Source: Plasmodiophora brassicae (Eukaryota). Taken from it: 64,000 bases of DNA. A model generated the notes under the pieces. It had not been told where the DNA came from. It did not search any database and saw nothing but the letters and a program-made list of their open reading frames with translations. The stretch is from positions 558,001 to 622,000 of the forward strand of contig CP145424.1 in the NCBI GenBank assembly GCA_036867785.1, read 5' to 3'. The position numbers and the translations under genes are program-made. Below, piece by piece: positions 59,987 through 64,000 of this stretch. Numbering within the stretch: the first letter of the stretch is position 1; each line of letters begins with the position of its first letter.

Positions 59987-62255
59987 ATGCCGTATTTCAA
60001 GAGGCCTGCTGATACGGCACCGGCGATGGACGCCGTGTTGAAGCAACCGGATTACCATGTCCACATGGCGGAGATAGCGGAAGTCTGGCCGGCGCAAGTG
60101 GAGAACAGGGTCCCCCCGGACGCCGCGGGCGACGGGGACTGCGGAACTGCGCCTGTAGCGCGCCCGTCCCAAAATGTGACGGTCGACGGGTCAGGGGGGG
60201 GGGGGGGGAACATTTTGTCCATGACCGGGTCGAGCGGCGCAATGATCGTCGCCGGTCGTACGTAGAGAGAGAGGTAACCAACCCGTGATGGCGCTGGACG
60301 CTGGCATCGCTGCAGCCGACGACGACGCCGGCAGCGCATCGATATGGGATGGCGACGGGTTCGACCTGAGTACGTCCCGGGGGGCGTTGGGCCTGTTGTG
60401 CGTCGCGGTCGGGCCTCCTGACGCCGTTGTGCTGTCCAGAGTCGTGCGGGGCGCGCGCCATGCGCCGTGGCGTGTCGTCGTTTCGGTCGATCCACTGGCG
60501 CGTGTTCCTGGGCGTGTACACCGGACCGCCGGCATCCTGGCCGGAACAGGCGTCGTCGCATCGGCGACGATTCCAGGAGATGCTGGACGCGTGCACGGCC
60601 AACCCAGCGGATAACGCGTCCATAACGGACCTGTCGCTCAACAACCCGTTGTCGACCGCGCAGCAGTCGCCCTGGTCGCAGTTCTTCGCCGACGCCGACC
60701 TGTCCGAGGTCATCAAGATGGACCTGGTGCGGACGCACCCGTCCGAGGCCTTCTTCCAGGACCCGGACACGCAGGCGCGCATGCTGAACGTCCTGTTCGT
60801 CTGGTGCAAACAGCACCGCGACCTGTCGTACCGCCAAGGCATGAACGAGATCGTGGCGCCCATTCTGCAACAAGTCCAGCACGACGCCGAGCAGCAGCAG
60901 CAAGCGAAACCGTTAGCGACGCTATGCGGTACGACGACGGGTAGCCCCGAGGCAACGCTGTCCTCATGCTTTTGCCGGCAGACCCTGCATTCGTCGAGCA
61001 CGACGCGTATGCCGTGTTCTCTGCGCTGATGGAGCGCCTGATCAAGATGTACCAAGGGGAAGGCGCCGGTGGATCGGTGCCGTGTGTCGTGGCCAGGTTT
61101 AGGCGTCATCGCCGCGCGCCGCGCGTTCGCGGATCTGACCATGTGCCTGTTCAAGGTCCGAGCATCTGCAGGACCAGCTGCTGAGGCGTGTCGACCCCGA
61201 TCTGCACGCCCATCTGCGAAGGGTACGAACCGCCGCGCTGTGCGCCTTGTGTGCACGCTGTGGTTGACGGCCGTGGAGCGAAACAGGTCGACCTTCAGCC
61301 GCAACTGTATGGCCTTCGCTGGTTCCGGCTGATGCTGGCTCGGGAATTCACACTGTCGCAAATGTACGTGCGGGGCAGGCTAGGCAGGCGGTTGTCGACC
61401 CGTCGCTCACGACGTCTGGCTGCAGCCCGATTCTATGGGACGCGATCCTGGGTTCGGCCGTCAGTAGCACGGACGCGCCTGCACCGGCGTATGATCTCCC
61501 CCTGCTGGACTGCATCGCCGTCGCGATGCTTTGCAGGGTCCGCAACGACCTGCTGTCGTCCGACAGCAGCTCCTGCGTCAAACGGCTGCTCTCGTTCCCG
61601 GCGGTCAGCGATGTGCGACCTTTGATTGCACAGTAAGCGTCCGCGCGCTCTCCAGGCATCGCATATCGTGAACGTCCGCCGTGTCCACCAGAGCCATTGG
61701 GTTCCTGTTGCGACCGACGGGAGGCACAGCGGCGCCCGCGCCTGTTCAGCGGGCAGCAAGCCCCGAGGCAGTGGGAACCGTCAGCGATACGCTGTCAGGC
61801 AAAGGTAGAAGAAGGTCGGCGGATGCGAAGGCGCCAGACGTCGCCAAGGCGCCGGTTGCCGACCCGACGTCCGCCGATTCGAGCAAGGGCCCGGCCTTGG
61901 CGGCCATGTTTCACGAATTCGCTGACAACGTCTCGCGCGCGCTGCGTCCTGGACCCTCGGGCGCGTCTGGAGACGCTACTTCGCTCAACGTCCGCCTCGG
62001 CGAACGCCTCGCCGTCATCTGCAACGAGATGCAGGTGGAGATTCTTCAAGGGTGCTGAACGGGTTCACACACACTGTGCGTTCTCCTGCAGGCGGCTGAT
62101 CGTTCGCTAGGTCCGACAAGTGCGATCAACAGCGCCTCCTCCACTACCTTGCGCAGGTCAAGCAAGTGAAAGACGTTCTACTTGGGACCCTTCCTTCCGA
62201 CGCCATCCTGTCCAGAGCGTCCTCCCAGGAAGGCACGCAGCACCCGCTCGCCTAA
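59987..62255 (+). CDS. TBC-domain Rab GAP, TBC1D5-like; start uncertain
   Basis: WRVFLG, IKMDLVRTHP, YRQGMNEIVAP, EHDAYAVFSALM, PQLYGLRWFRLMLAREF, VKQVKDVL. Confidence 0.85.
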
Positions 62256-62583
62256 ATACAATGTTTCATTCAGCAACGTGCATCGGCGATCAGCTACTCG
62301 GGGCAGTCCGGTTGATGGGTGGTGTGCGTCGCCTACAGACGATTGCTGCTGCCTGTCTCCCGTTTGATCCGCGTGGGGGCCAGATCCCTGACGCACGAGG
62401 CACGCGCTATGACAGGAAACCGTTGCGGTGACTCACACTTGAACGGAACGATCGGAACGCGATAATGGATTCGGCGAACGATCCCCGGCCGTGTGACTCA
62501 ACGGGATCCCGTCCATGAGTCACCAGCGGTTCCGACGATTCGTCCCCTTTCGGGGGCATAGTCTGAACACTCGTGGAACGTCC

Positions 62584-63326
62584 ATGTCGACGAATGAGAC
62601 GGCAGCGCCTGATAACGCTGCCCTAGATGCTGCCGCCCCTACGACGGATGGCAAGGCCGTCATCGTGTGCCCGCACCCGTCGTGCGACGAAACCTTCAAC
62701 AAGCAGAGCCGCCTGACGTCGCACCTGCGGAAGCACACGGGCGAGAAGCCGTTCGAGTGCGACGTCTGCGGCAAGGCGTTCAGCCAGAAGGGCAACCTGA
62801 AGACGCACATGGTCTGCCACACGGGCGAGAAACGCTTCGAGTGCGACGTCTGCCGGAAGCGGTTCGCACGCAAGTGCACGCTGGAGAGCCACGTCCTGAC
62901 GCACACGCAGGAGCGCCCGTTCACCTGCAACGTCTGCTTGAAAACGTTCCGGCACTCGTCCAACCTCATTGCACAGTGCGTCGCATGCATCGCTGCCTTG
63001 CGTCGGCCTCGTCTGACCTACCTCCGTTTAGTAAGAGAACGCACACGGGCGACCGCCCGTTCGAGTGCACCGTCTGTCGGAAGGCGTTCGCGAAGAAGGA
63101 CACGCTGACGGTGCACATGCGGGTACATACGGGCGAACGCCCGCTGCAGTGCAAGATGTGCGACAAGTCGTTCGCGGCGCCGTCGTCGCTGGCCGTCCAC
63201 GAGGCCAGCCACACGGGCGTGAAATCGCACCACTGCGCCGTCTGCGGCAAGGCGTTCTACCAGAAGTCGAAACTCCAGCGGCACGTCAACGCGGCACATC
63301 CGGACCACGACGACGCCAACGAATGA
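62584..63326 (+). CDS. C2H2 zinc-finger protein with six fingers, paralog of 53837-55092
   Basis: [26 protein letters not shown] and similar fingers; one intron near 62976-63031. Confidence 0.9.
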
Positions 63327-63488
63327 CGGCGGCCGCCCGTCTCTCCTTGTATAAAGTATGCGCCCCCTATAGCCCAGGGAGATCAATGCGGCGACTCGTT
63401 GTATTTGAGGGGGATGGGTTTTGTATGGGACGTCTGGGCGGGATCTGCGGTCGGTACGCGAATACTGTATAGCAGGGCCGAATACAAT

Positions 63489-64000
63489 TTACAAGATGGT
63501 GCACATCTTCTTCCGCTGCGTGGTCGGCGGCGCCGTCTTCTTCTCCATCTTCCGGATCTCGCGCACGACCTGGAAGAAGCACTCCTCGTTGTTGATCTTC
63601 TCCTTCGCGCTCGTCTCGAAGAACGGGCACCCCCACTGCGCCGCTAGTTCCTCGCCTTCGCTCGTCTGCACTTCCCTGTCGTTGACCAGGTCGCATTTGT
63701 TCCCGCACAGCACGATCGGGACCTTCTCCTGGTCCTTCGAACGCAGGATCTTATCGTACAGGCCGGATACTTCATCGAACGTGTTCCTGGACAGTGCGCG
63801 CGTCAGACCGGTTCGAGCGCGCCGCCAATAGGCGGGATCGTACCTAGCGGTGATGTTGTACACGAGGAGGAACCCCTTGCCATCGCGCATCCACTGATCC
63901 TGCATGGAGGAGAACTCCTCCTGGCCGGCCGTGTCGAGGATGTCGAGCAGGGCGGTCTCGTCGTCGACCATGACCTGCTTCCGGTAGCTGTCCTCGATGG
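63489..64000 (-). CDS. Ras-family small GTPase; 5' end lies outside the window
   Basis: IEDSYRKQ, LDILDTAGQEE, GNKCDL, ETSAK, CaaX motif CTIL*. Confidence 0.95.
   Translation of the reverse strand, partial: IEDSYRKQVMVDDETALLDILDTAGQEEFSSMQDQWMRDGKGFLLVYNITARYDPAYWRRARTGLTRALSRNTFDEVSGLYDKILRSKDQEKVPIVLCGNKCDLVNDREVQTSEGEELAAQWGCPFFETSAKEKINNEECFFQVVREIRKMEKKTAPPTTQRKKMCTIL

Noticed and set aside
60194-60208. G15 homopolymer
   Set aside because: Simple run encoding or near poly-Gly; its length may be a sequencing artefact and no function can be supported

Overview
Eukaryotic, gene-dense, GC-rich genomic DNA with many short (about 50-65 nt) GT-AG introns, so the ORF track shows only exon fragments. 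The intron style, GC level and a ciliary transition-zone gene (AHI1) suggest a flagellated protist; a phytomyxid such as Plasmodiophora is my inference, not verified. About 30 genes were reconstructed by eye. Housekeeping genes include AIM24-like, TRM11, TTC1, GHITM, OAT, COX23-like, SNRNP27, AHI1, NAA60-like, DNAJC2, UBC7/UBE2G, catalase, FAM135, neurochondrin, Sec15, TBC1D5-like and Ras. Two accessory areas stand out. (1) A sensory neighbourhood at 4-16.5 kb holds an LRR receptor built from one 72-nt exon per repeat, a PA-domain 7TM protein, three tandem PAS-PAS hybrid histidine kinases with FixL-like PAS domains, and a PAS relic. (2) A two-gene unit at 23.6-26.4 kb pairs an intact, intron-containing DD34E IS630/Tc1/mariner-type transposase tail-to-tail with an unknown ORF; both stop codons lie in one palindromic AATAAA signal and hairpins occur at both ends. 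Also notable are a signal-peptide AGC pseudokinase, a CaaX-ended N-acetyltransferase and a spliced 52-aa micro-protein. Exon boundaries were read manually and several gene ends are approximate.
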